Source of the DNA: Deltaproteobacteria bacterium
Lineage (GTDB): Bacteria > Myxococcota_A > Polyangia > Polyangiales > Houyiibacteriaceae
Direction: 5' to 3'
Assembly (NCBI GenBank): GCA_034670305.1
Contig: JAXMNT010000001.1
Coordinates: 96,001 to 160,000 of the forward strand
Length of the DNA stretch: 64,000 nt
Shown here: piece after piece, positions 48,928 through 60,859 of the stretch
How the letters are laid out: every line of letters begins with the position of its first letter
Position numbering within the stretch: the stretch's first letter is position 1
Position numbers and translations under genes: made by a program
Notes under the pieces: generated by a model
The model's input: only the letters and a program-made list of their open reading frames with translations
The model's database searches: none
What the model was told of the DNA's origin: nothing

Positions 48928-49932
48928 TCACCGCACCAGGCCCTTGACCGCCGTGGTGCCGTCGAAGACGAGGCCGATCGAGACGCTTCGGCAGCGCCCA
49001 TCGATGCGATCGAGGTCCGCCGAACCATTCAGGATGATCTCGAGGGTGGCGGCGTCGAACTCGGTCACCTCGGCCAAGCGCATCGCGGTCTCCTCGACGT
49101 CGAGGCTTCCTCCGATGACCCCGCGGGCCAGGCCGGTTTCGGAGATGTCGAATCGCGAGCGGACCCGCTTGAGGTCGAGCTCCACGGTGTCCATCTCGAA
49201 CGGCACCGTGAGGGTCAACGACCCGGGTCCGGCGTCGAGGCGTCCGTCCACGATGCGACCGGCGAGGCTCACTCGAATGGTGGTGCCGTCGTCGAGGAAG
49301 GAGCGGGGGTCGAGGTCGAAGGTCTGTCCGGGCACGTAGCGGAAGTCGGCCATCAACATGGGCATCTCGACGCCTTCGGGCAGCAGACCGAAGAGCACGT
49401 CCACTTCGACTCGGTCGTCGTTGACGAAATCGTCGACGCCCCGCACCTCGAGCAGCACCAGCACGTTGCCGAGCCGCACGTTGCCGATGAGGTTCGAGCG
49501 GACGTGCAGCATCTCTTCTTGGCTCGCGAGCGTCGGTCCGAGGCGGTTGTCCACGCCGGGCTCGTTGTCCGGCGCCGGCGAGGTGAAGTCCTCGCGGCGG
49601 CAGGTCTCGAGGTCGTCGGCCGCGCTGACCCGATCGTCCAGGTCGAACCCGGGAACGATCGCCGGGTCGCCGCCTTCTTCGGCGGCGGCCACGTCCATGA
49701 AGTCGAGCACGTAGACGTAGGTCTCGCCGGTCAGCGGTCCGGCATCCGTGCCCGCGTCGGTTCCGCCATCGGTTCCTGCGTCGTCCGCCAGGACATCGTC
49801 GCCCGACGGGGCATCGACGGCGGCCGCGTCCAGCTGGCCCGCGTCCTCGTCCGGCGGGGGCTCCCGATCGGAGCACGCGCTGAGGACAACCAAGGAGCAG
49901 AGCAGAAGGCGAATCGAGTTCACGGAGGACAT
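48928..49932 (-). CDS. Hypothetical lipoprotein
   Basis: LSAC lipobox; DAG-rich linker; GFDLD, GVDN, CRSVSIGL. Confidence 0.75.
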   Translation of the reverse strand: MSSVNSIRLLLCSLVVLSACSDREPPPDEDAGQLDAAAVDAPSGDDVLADDAGTDGGTDAGTDAGPLTGETYVYVLDFMDVAAAEEGGDPAIVPGFDLDDRVSAADDLETCRREDFTSPAPDNEPGVDNRLGPTLASQEEMLHVRSNLIGNVRLGNVLVLLEVRGVDDFVNDDRVEVDVLFGLLPEGVEMPMLMADFRYVPGQTFDLDPRSFLDDGTTIRVSLAGRIVDGRLDAGPGSLTLTVPFEMDTVELDLKRVRSRFDISETGLARGVIGGSLDVEETAMRLAEVTEFDAATLEIILNGSADLDRIDGRCRSVSIGLVFDGTTAVKGLVR

Positions 49933-50007
49933 GGCAAACCGTACCCCGCGAACCGCCCCCTTCGCAGCCCCCAGCGAGCGCCACCTCACGTGCAACCCAC
50001 GTACACC

Positions 50008-50357
50008 TTGTTTCCCAAGACGGGCCTGGCTCGCTTCGCGAGACTGGCGGCCCTTTCTCTTGGGGGCACGGCCCCCAAACCCCGTCCCGGTGACACGGCT
50101 TGCTCGCTTCGCTCGGCTGCACCGTGTCGGTCTCGCGCCCGTCGCACCTGCACGTGCTCGCCGCCTCCTGCACTTGATGGGATGAAGAAGCATCTGTGGC
50201 GATTGGCGGCTGCGCGCGTCCAGGCGCTCCTATCGGCGCTCTCGGGGCGCGATTGGGGAGTGCACCAGTTGCTCGGCCTGCGGCCTGCGCAGGTGCACGT
50301 GTCGGTAAGCCTTTGTTTCCCAAGACGGGCCTGGCTCGCTTCGCGAGACTGGCGGCC
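50008..50357 (+). repeat. Composite repeat X-Y-Z-X bounded by 45-nt perfect direct repeats
   Basis: 50008-50052 identical to 50313-50357; Y at 50058-50115; Z at 50145-50299. Confidence 0.88.
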
Positions 50358-50387
50358 TTCGGCCTCCTCCTCGGTTTCGTGCCTTGA

Positions 50388-50436
50388 GGGCAAGGGCAGG
50401 GGCAGGGGCAGGGGCAAGGGCAGGGGCAGGGGCAAG
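50388..50436 (+). repeat. (GGGCAR)n G-rich hexamer run
   Basis: Reverse complement of the 14313 hexamer type. Confidence 0.75.
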
Positions 50437-50546
50437 GAGCGACGGCACGTGCTCCTTTTCAGGAATGGGGACGGGCGGCGGGACGTAGGTTGGGTACCCT
50501 GGATGCGGCGGCTGAATGTCCGTCGAGCCCACCCGTCGGAACTGTG

Positions 50547-51125
50547 ATGCGTTTTTTCACCCTCTTGCTCACCGCCTCGTGTTCGCTGTGCTTTGCGCCC
50601 CGCGCCGATGCGCAGGAGAGGGCGACCGACGAACATGGGGTGACCACGCAGCTCTTCGAGCACCCGGGTGCCGGCGTGCGGGGCGGAGAAGCGTGGGGCG
50701 AGGTCGATGCGCCCCTGACCGAGGTCCTGGCCGTGGTTCACGACTACGCCAACTACGCGGAATTCCTCCCACATTTCCAGACGTCGCGCGTCCTCGCCCA
50801 ACGCGGTCACCGGGCGCGGGTCTACATGGAAGTGAGCATTCTGCGCGGGAGCGCCACGCTTTGGGGGCAGTTGATGATCAACTCCCGAGAAGCCGGCGGC
50901 GCCCATGTGATCGAAGCCAGTCTCACCGAAGGAAACATGGACCACTTCGTGGCTCGCTGGGAACTCCGCCCGCTGGACGGCGGTTCCCGCACCCAGGTGA
51001 AGTTCCGCATCCTCGTCGAGCCCGATCTGCCGGTTCCAGCGCTCCTCGTGGGGGTGGAGAACTACAAATCCGCCCGCCGCACGATCCGCGTGCTGCGCGA
51101 GCGCATCCTCGCGATTCGTCCCTGA
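50547..51125 (+). CDS. Secreted SRPBCC/Coq10-like cyclase-fold protein
   Basis: Signal peptide; VDAPLTEVLAVVHDYANYAEFLP, EGNMDHFVARWELRP. Confidence 0.8.
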   Translation: MRFFTLLLTASCSLCFAPRADAQERATDEHGVTTQLFEHPGAGVRGGEAWGEVDAPLTEVLAVVHDYANYAEFLPHFQTSRVLAQRGHRARVYMEVSILRGSATLWGQLMINSREAGGAHVIEASLTEGNMDHFVARWELRPLDGGSRTQVKFRILVEPDLPVPALLVGVENYKSARRTIRVLRERILAIRP

Positions 51126-51301
51126 GCCAAGGGGCAGTGGCGGCAGGAAGAGACGTTTGACCCACTCGGGGGTGGGTGCTAGTTCGCGCGCGCTTGGTGC
51201 TTCGGCCCGCTGCGACCGCGCGATTCCCTTGTTGGGTGCGGTCAATGGCCCCAGCACTGCCGTGACGCCTCCCGCACACGCTTCCCCCGACCTCCACGAC
51301 C

Positions 51302-51766
51302 ATGATCTTCCTCCAATCCATGCTCTCCTCGGGCTCGATCATCGACCTGGATGGAACGTTCTTCCTCCAGCTCGGCATCTTCGTCGTCGCGTTCTTCGTT
51401 CTTCGAGCGCTCATCTTCAAACCCGTCGTCGCGGTGCTCGAAGCACGCGAAGAGGCGATCGAAGGCGCCGCCCGCGACGCCCTCCAGTTCGAGCGAGAGG
51501 CCGAAGAGAAGGAGACCGCGTTCTCCGACGAGATGCGCCAGGTCCGCGCCAAAGGCACCGCCCTTCGGGAGGAACTCCGGGCCAAGGCCAAGGAGACCGA
51601 AGCGCAACTGCTCGCCGACGTGCGCGCCACCACCCAGGCGGAGTTCGACGAGGCCGACGCGTTGCTCAGGGCCGAGGCCGACAAAGCCCGCGCCGAGATC
51701 GCCACCGGTACGCCGGCGCTCGCCGCTCAGATCGCCGCCAAGCTCCTCGATCGAGAGGTCGTCTGA
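51302..51766 (+). CDS. atpF: F0F1 ATP synthase subunit b'
   Basis: IDLDGTFFLQLGIF..LIFKPVVAVLEAREEAI; coiled coil; position in operon. Confidence 0.88.
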   Translation: MIFLQSMLSSGSIIDLDGTFFLQLGIFVVAFFVLRALIFKPVVAVLEAREEAIEGAARDALQFEREAEEKETAFSDEMRQVRAKGTALREELRAKAKETEAQLLADVRATTQAEFDEADALLRAEADKARAEIATGTPALAAQIAAKLLDREVV

Positions 51767-52626
51767 TGATTCGCCTGCAACGCACGCTGCTCGCTTTGGC
51801 CCTCTGCGGCTGGCCGATGATGTCGGCCGCGCAGGAGCCAGAGCTTCCGCCCGGTCACGAACACGAGACCGCGGAAGAACACGCCGCCCACGCGCACGAC
51901 GACGACCACGACCACGACGAAGACCACGATCACGACGAGCGTCCGGCCGGTCACGAACACGAGACCGCGGAAGAACACGCCGCCCACGCGCACGACGACG
52001 ACCACGACCACGAGCGTCCGCCCGGTCACGAACACGAGACCGCGGAAGAGCACGCCGCACACGCGCACGGCGACCACGACCACGGCGAGCACGCCCACGA
52101 AGGGCACGGCGAAGTCACGCTCTCGATGATCCTCGCGGACGGCAAGTTCCGCGCGTCGGTGCTCTGCTTCTTGATCCTCGGGTTCATCCTCATCTACGCC
52201 GGTCGCCGCAAGGTCCGCGCGTCGCTCGAAGCCCGGCGCCGCGAGATCGAAGACGCCGTCGCTGAAGCGCAGCGCAAGAAGGCCGCCGCGGAAGCGAAGC
52301 GAGAAGAGTTCGAAGCCCGTCTCGCCCAGCTCGACGACGAGGTCGAACGCATCCGCACCGAGGCCAAGCAGACGGCCGAAGAAGAGCGCGACCGCATCGT
52401 GGCCGAGGCCAAAGCGAAGGCCGAATCCGTGCGGCGCGACACGAAGTTCCAGATCGAGCAGCGCTTCAAGCAGATGAAAGAAGACCTCACGGGCGAAGCG
52501 ATCACCGCCGCCGTGGCGGCCGCCGAAGCCATGCTCAAGGACAAGACCACCGCATCGGACCAGCAGCGCCTGGCCGACGCCTACCTGAGCGAACTCGAAG
52601 TCGCAGCCCGCGAGGTGACCTCATGA
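51766..52626 (+). CDS. atpF: F0F1 ATP synthase subunit b with signal peptide and His-rich repeat extension
   Basis: TGATG-coupled start; TM FLILGFILIYAG; LEARRREI coiled coil; DQQRLADAYL; precedes atpH. Confidence 0.88.
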   Translation: MIRLQRTLLALALCGWPMMSAAQEPELPPGHEHETAEEHAAHAHDDDHDHDEDHDHDERPAGHEHETAEEHAAHAHDDDHDHERPPGHEHETAEEHAAHAHGDHDHGEHAHEGHGEVTLSMILADGKFRASVLCFLILGFILIYAGRRKVRASLEARRREIEDAVAEAQRKKAAAEAKREEFEARLAQLDDEVERIRTEAKQTAEEERDRIVAEAKAKAESVRRDTKFQIEQRFKQMKEDLTGEAITAAVAAAEAMLKDKTTASDQQRLADAYLSELEVAAREVTS

Positions 52627-53159
52627 GCGGTTCCGCATTCGGCCATCGCTACGCTACGGCGTTGCTCGAGTTGGCCGCCGAGACGAGTCAGACCGCCAAG
52701 ATCCAGCGCGACCTCGCGTCGGTCCTGGAGACCTGGCAGGAGAGCCGCGAGCTCCGCGACGTGTTCGAGAACCCCGCGTTCTCGACCGAAGTGCGCGCTG
52801 GCGTCCTCGAAGGCGTGTCGAAGCGCCTCGGCCTGAGCCCGCTTCTCACCAACACCCTTCGGCTCCTCTCGGACCGGGGCCGCTTGCGGCAGCTTCCGGA
52901 ACTCGTCGAGTCGTTCAACACGCTCGCCCAAGACGAGGGCGGCGTCGTCGCCGAGGTCACCTCCGCGACCGAGCTCTCCGCGTCCTACTACACGAAGCTC
53001 CAGATGAGCCTCGAGAAGTCCCTCGGCAAGAAGGTGACGGTGGTCAAGAAGACCGATCCGTCCCTCATCGCCGGCGTCGTCACCCGCGTGGGCGACAAAG
53101 TGTTCGATGGGACCGTCGCGTCCCGCCTCCGCCACCTCCGCGAGGGTCTGCTCCCGTAA
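52623..53159 (+). CDS. atpH: ATP synthase delta subunit
   Basis: RYATALLELA, AEVTSA, DPSLIAGVVTRVGDKVFDGTV. Confidence 0.95.
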   Translation: MSGSAFGHRYATALLELAAETSQTAKIQRDLASVLETWQESRELRDVFENPAFSTEVRAGVLEGVSKRLGLSPLLTNTLRLLSDRGRLRQLPELVESFNTLAQDEGGVVAEVTSATELSASYYTKLQMSLEKSLGKKVTVVKKTDPSLIAGVVTRVGDKVFDGTVASRLRHLREGLLP

Positions 53160-53242
53160 CCGGGGCCGCCTCGATCTCGTCTTCACCGCTCCCGTTTCCC
53201 CGACTCCGTGCACGCCTGAGTGCACCAACCCACCTGGATTGA

Positions 53243-54913
<1,671 letters not shown>

Positions 54914-54919
54914 GCCGAA

Positions 54920-55801
54920 GTGGCCAACCTCAAAGCCATTCGCAAGCGCATCGGCAGCGTCAAGAACACGCAGAAGATCACGCGTGCGATGAAGCTCGTG
55001 GCCGCGGCGCGGTTGCGGCGGGCCCAGGAGGAGATCCTGCAGCTTCGTCCGTACGCGCTCAAGACCCTCGACGTGCTCAGCGCGGTCGCTGCCCGGACCG
55101 CGGACGAGACCGACGACCAGCACCGTCTGCTCGACGTGCGCAAAGTCGACCACGTCATGCTCGTCGTGCTCACGTCCGACCGCGGGCTCGCTGGCGCGTT
55201 CAACTCGAAGATCTGCGCCGCCGCGTACCAGAAGTGGAAGGCGCACGAGGCGGAGGGCCACAGGGTCAGCTTCACGGTGATCGGCCGCAAGGGCCGCGAG
55301 TACCTCAAGCGTCGCGACGCGCACATCAAGCACGACTTCACGGGCGTGTTCGAGGATCTCTCGATGGACCGCGCGGGTGAGATCGGCCGCACGATCGTAC
55401 ATGAGTACGAGCGCGCCGAGTCGCCCGACATGGACGCGTGTTACCTCGTCTACAACGAGTTCAAGAGCGCGATTGCCCAAGAGGTCGTGGTCGAGCAGCT
55501 CTTGCCCATCGTTCCGAAGGAACTCCCCGAAGACCAGGTCGGCGATTTCATCTACGAGCCCACCAAGAAGGCGCTGCTGGACCGGCTTTTGCCGATGTAC
55601 GTGGACGTCGAGGTCTACCGCGCGCTGCTCGAGTCGGTCGCTTCCGAACACGGCGCGCGCATGACCGCGATGGACGCCGCGACCACCAACGCGAGCGAGA
55701 TGATTCACAAGCTCACGCTCAAGTACAACCGAGCGCGACAGGCCGCGATCACCACCGAGTTGATGGAGATCATCGGTGGCGCGGAAGCCCTCAAGGGCTG
55801 A
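54920..55801 (+). CDS. atpG: ATP synthase gamma subunit
   Basis: RIGSVKNTQKITRAMKLVAAARL, SDRGLAGAFN, NRARQAAITTEL. Confidence 0.97.
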   Translation: MANLKAIRKRIGSVKNTQKITRAMKLVAAARLRRAQEEILQLRPYALKTLDVLSAVAARTADETDDQHRLLDVRKVDHVMLVVLTSDRGLAGAFNSKICAAAYQKWKAHEAEGHRVSFTVIGRKGREYLKRRDAHIKHDFTGVFEDLSMDRAGEIGRTIVHEYERAESPDMDACYLVYNEFKSAIAQEVVVEQLLPIVPKELPEDQVGDFIYEPTKKALLDRLLPMYVDVEVYRALLESVASEHGARMTAMDAATTNASEMIHKLTLKYNRARQAAITTELMEIIGGAEALKG

Positions 55802-56866
55802 TTGCCAACTCTGCTTCCATTGATCGCACCCTCGCCGGGGACACCGGCGGAGGTGCGTCGTCGTTTTCGGGACCTGCTGCGCGGCGGTTTCGAGGTCAAA
55901 CCTGCGGGGGAGGCCAAAGACGATCCGGCGCGGCTCGTCCGGCGCCACCCGGCGGCGTTCGAGCTGGATGTGTTCGGCCGAAAGATCTTCTTGAGCGAAG
56001 CGCGCCAGAACCCAGCCATCCGATTCTTCGTGGCCTACGTCGAAGACGTGGACGCGCGCACGCGCACGTTCCGCCCACGCATCTTCTACAAGGACATCTC
56101 GCTCGTGTGGCGCGTGGCGTCCCACATGATCGCGCAGGGCGACGAGTTCTGGATCGGCAAGGGCGACGTCGAGACGGTGGTGGAAGACGGCTACGAGGTG
56201 ACCCACTCGTTGGAGCACACGACCGACCTGCCGTTCGAGATCCAGGACGTGCTGGAGCAGTGCAACCGCGCGTCCAACGTGCGTGAGGACGAACCGGTGC
56301 TCTGGGATGTACTTCGCAACGCCCCCAGCGGCCGAGTGCAGCCGTACCAGGACTTCGTCGCACCGCGTCTTCGCGACGCGGGTCTGTCGCCCAACCGCGG
56401 CCGTCCGGTCGCCAAGTTCACCCGCGCCGGCGACCCGAGTTCGCTCCAGTTTCGTCCCGGGTTCGGGCCGAACTTCGACACGGCCGAGTTCACGTACTCC
56501 AAGAGCGTGACCTATGGCGGCCAGCTGCGCCGCGCCCGGATCCTCTCCGGCAACGGCAAGATCCAGTACCTGTTCTTCCAGGGCGAACAGCACGTCTGGA
56601 TCGCGCCGCCGCAGACCTTGCGGACCGAACTCTCCTCGTACGGCGTGCGCACCGCGTCGGTGAACGCCCCCGATGATCTCTTCCTGCCCGGGTTCGAGTA
56701 CCACTACGTCGACGAAGACAGCGGTGAGTTGGTCTCGCAGATCCCGAAAGGCTACGCGGGTCCGCAGAGCGAACACGACGACGGCCGAGCGTGCGCGCGC
56801 CCTTGGCTCGACGCCCTCCCGGTCGTACAAGACTTCCGCGCGGCGTTCGGCGACTGGTCCGGCTGA
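55802..56866 (+). CDS. Hypothetical protein immediately after atpG
   Basis: TTG right after the atpG stop; GC-biased coding frame; RIFYKDISLVWR, WIGKGD, PGFEYHY. Confidence 0.75.
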   Translation: MPTLLPLIAPSPGTPAEVRRRFRDLLRGGFEVKPAGEAKDDPARLVRRHPAAFELDVFGRKIFLSEARQNPAIRFFVAYVEDVDARTRTFRPRIFYKDISLVWRVASHMIAQGDEFWIGKGDVETVVEDGYEVTHSLEHTTDLPFEIQDVLEQCNRASNVREDEPVLWDVLRNAPSGRVQPYQDFVAPRLRDAGLSPNRGRPVAKFTRAGDPSSLQFRPGFGPNFDTAEFTYSKSVTYGGQLRRARILSGNGKIQYLFFQGEQHVWIAPPQTLRTELSSYGVRTASVNAPDDLFLPGFEYHYVDEDSGELVSQIPKGYAGPQSEHDDGRACARPWLDALPVVQDFRAAFGDWSG

Positions 56867-56899
56867 GGCGTCGCCGAACCATCGCTTCGCCGCACCCGC

Positions 56900-58558
56900 T
56901 CAGTACGGGTTGTCGCGGTAGTTCTCGTCGACGACGACCGAGTCCCCGGTCATCGAGCCGGCGGCCATCATCGAGCTCGACATCGTCTGGCGCATCCACA
57001 TGCGTCCGGTCGGTCGCACGCGCTCCGTCTCGGGCAGGGTGCCTTCGACGGTGAGGGTGGCGCCCGCGATCGTGCGGGTGACGGTCGTCGTGTCGTGGCC
57101 GTCGAGTTCGAAACGGAAACTGACTTCCCGGCCCTCTGCGGCGGCGTCTCCGACCCAGACCACCGATGCCGGCGTCGCGCCGTAGCTCCGATCGCCGACG
57201 AACACTTCTGCACCGGGCGGGTCGGATTGCAGGGTGACCTCGACGCGCGCCAGCGGCGCGGCTTCGCCGCCCATGCCGGTGGCATTCATGTTCGTGCCTG
57301 TGACCGGCACCGCGCTCATCGCCGTCGCTTCGGTCTCGGTCTCGGTCTCGGTCGTGTCGACGATGGGGTCTGCGTCCGAAGTGCCGCTGGTGACGAAGTG
57401 GTACCCAGCGCCCGATCCGATCGCGATCGCGGCTGCGAAGAAGATCAGTTTGCCTTTGCCTCCGGACGGCTGCTCTTCCGGCAGCGGAGGAAGCTCGATG
57501 CCCGAGCCACTCGCACTGGAGGTGCTGAGCGAACCACCCACCACTTCGGGCGGCGGCGTCGAAACCGTGATGCCGATGCCGAGCCCGCCGCTCGGCGTGT
57601 GGCTCGTGCGCGCCGAGGACAGCTCGTACTCACCGGAGACGGAGATCGAATGGCTCGAACTCAGCGGTGCACCGAGCACGCCGCTCGCCTGCTTGAGCGC
57701 CAGGATGAGGTCGTTCATCGAGCCGAAACGTTCCTCCTGGTTCTTGCGGAGACACTTCAGCACGACCTGCTCGAGCTCTTCCGAGATCGCGACGCCATCG
57801 GCGCGCGTCATCCGCGGCACGTCGTCCTTGATGTGGGCCATCAAGGTCTGCACCTGGGTGCTCTTTTCGAACGGAACCGCGCCGGTGAGCATGTAGTAGA
57901 GGATGACGCCGAGCGAGTAGACGTCGGTCCGTGCGTCCACGTCGTCGCCCTGGATCTGCTCCGGCGACATGTACTTCGGAGACCCCATGAACAAACCCTG
58001 CTGGGTGAGCTCCTGGTTCTCTTCGACGTTCTTCACGAGCCCGAAGTCGAGCACCTTCACGAACGAGTCTTCGTCGGCGTGGGTGGTGACCAGCACGTTG
58101 GCCGGTTTCAGGTCGCGGTGGATGACACCGAGCCCGTGGGCTTCGCGGACCGAGCGTGCGATCTGGATCGCGATGTGGATCGCGCGAAGCGCTTCCATCG
58201 GTCCATGCATCTTGAGGAGTTGCGAGAGGGTGAACCCCTCCACGAACTCCATGACGATGAAGTAGATGTCGTCGCTCGTCTTGCCGTAGTCGAAGACGGT
58301 GACGGTGTTCGGGTGCGAGAGCTTCGCGGCGGTGGACGCTTCGAGGAAAAAGCGCGCCTGGAACTCCGGGTCCTCTTCACCCTTGTAGCGGGGGTCGAGC
58401 ACCTTCAACGCGACCTCGCGACCAAGGGGCGACTGCCGCGCCTTGTACACGCGCCCCATGCCACCGCGCGCGATCATCTCGAGGATCTCAAAACGATCGT
58501 TGATGACACGACCGATGAGGGGGTCGGGTTCTTTCTCGGGGGCGGAGGCTTCAGTCAT
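56900..58558 (-). CDS. Membrane Ser/Thr kinase with PEGA-like domain, paralogue of 7422-9104
   Basis: [38 protein letters not shown]. Confidence 0.92.
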   Translation of the reverse strand: MTEASAPEKEPDPLIGRVINDRFEILEMIARGGMGRVYKARQSPLGREVALKVLDPRYKGEEDPEFQARFFLEASTAAKLSHPNTVTVFDYGKTSDDIYFIVMEFVEGFTLSQLLKMHGPMEALRAIHIAIQIARSVREAHGLGVIHRDLKPANVLVTTHADEDSFVKVLDFGLVKNVEENQELTQQGLFMGSPKYMSPEQIQGDDVDARTDVYSLGVILYYMLTGAVPFEKSTQVQTLMAHIKDDVPRMTRADGVAISEELEQVVLKCLRKNQEERFGSMNDLILALKQASGVLGAPLSSSHSISVSGEYELSSARTSHTPSGGLGIGITVSTPPPEVVGGSLSTSSASGSGIELPPLPEEQPSGGKGKLIFFAAAIAIGSGAGYHFVTSGTSDADPIVDTTETETETEATAMSAVPVTGTNMNATGMGGEAAPLARVEVTLQSDPPGAEVFVGDRSYGATPASVVWVGDAAAEGREVSFRFELDGHDTTTVTRTIAGATLTVEGTLPETERVRPTGRMWMRQTMSSSMMAAGSMTGDSVVVDENYRDNPY

Positions 58559-58867
58559 GGGTGTGTTCGTGTCTCGCAGGGCGCGCAGCACGAAATGGGG
58601 GAGTGGGTCCGACCCATTCCCCACCGCCAGTGTCGACGGGACCGCGTCTGCTGGCAAGTCCGACCCCATCGATCGCTCAGTCCTTGTCCCCGTTTGGGGG
58701 ATTCGTCGCCCACCGCTGGAGCGACGCACCTCTTGACCGCAGCCCGACCGCCCCCAGAACTGGGATTGCGGACCCCAGACCGATCGGTCGCGCCCGCCGC
58801 CCACAAGCGCTCCAGAACCAGAATTGCTTCATGGTTTCAACCGCTTGAGCCTCGCACACACCCTCCG

Positions 58868-60405
<1,538 letters not shown>

Positions 60406-60411
60406 TCCACC

Positions 60412-60834
60412 ATGGCGACGAAGCTCCTCACCCTCGAAGTCACGACCCCACTCGGCCTCGCGCTCCGCACGGAGTGCGAGTTCGTCGAGGCGCCGAGCGT
60501 CAAGGGTGAGTTCGGCGTGTTCCCGGGTCACCTTCCGGTGCTCGCGGCGCTTCGCTCTGGGCTTCTCAAGTACAAGTCCTCGGGCAAGGTGCACGTGGCC
60601 GCACTCGGACCGGGTTTCGTCGAAGCGGAACCGGGCCACGTCAACGTCCTCTCCGATCTGTTCGCGACCGCGAAAGACATCGATCGCAAAGAGACAGAAG
60701 CAGAGCTGACCGCAGCGTCTGCGGCGCTCGCCGACTACAAAGAAGCGTACGTCGGTGCGGACTACGAAGAGTTGCAGCGCAGCGTCGACTGGGCGCGCGC
60801 CAAGCTGCTCTGCCTGGATCGCGCCAAAGCCTGA
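60412..60834 (+). CDS. atpC: ATP synthase epsilon subunit
   Basis: LEVTTP, GEFGVFPGHLP, GFVE; follows atpD. Confidence 0.93.
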   Translation: MATKLLTLEVTTPLGLALRTECEFVEAPSVKGEFGVFPGHLPVLAALRSGLLKYKSSGKVHVAALGPGFVEAEPGHVNVLSDLFATAKDIDRKETEAELTAASAALADYKEAYVGADYEELQRSVDWARAKLLCLDRAKA

Positions 60835-60859
60835 CGATTTCTGAGCGCCACGCGTTCGT

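Noticed and set aside
50008-50357. 45-nt direct repeats as a CRISPR mini-array
   Set aside because: Only two copies 260 nt apart, the intervening DNA is itself repetitive, and there are no cas genes
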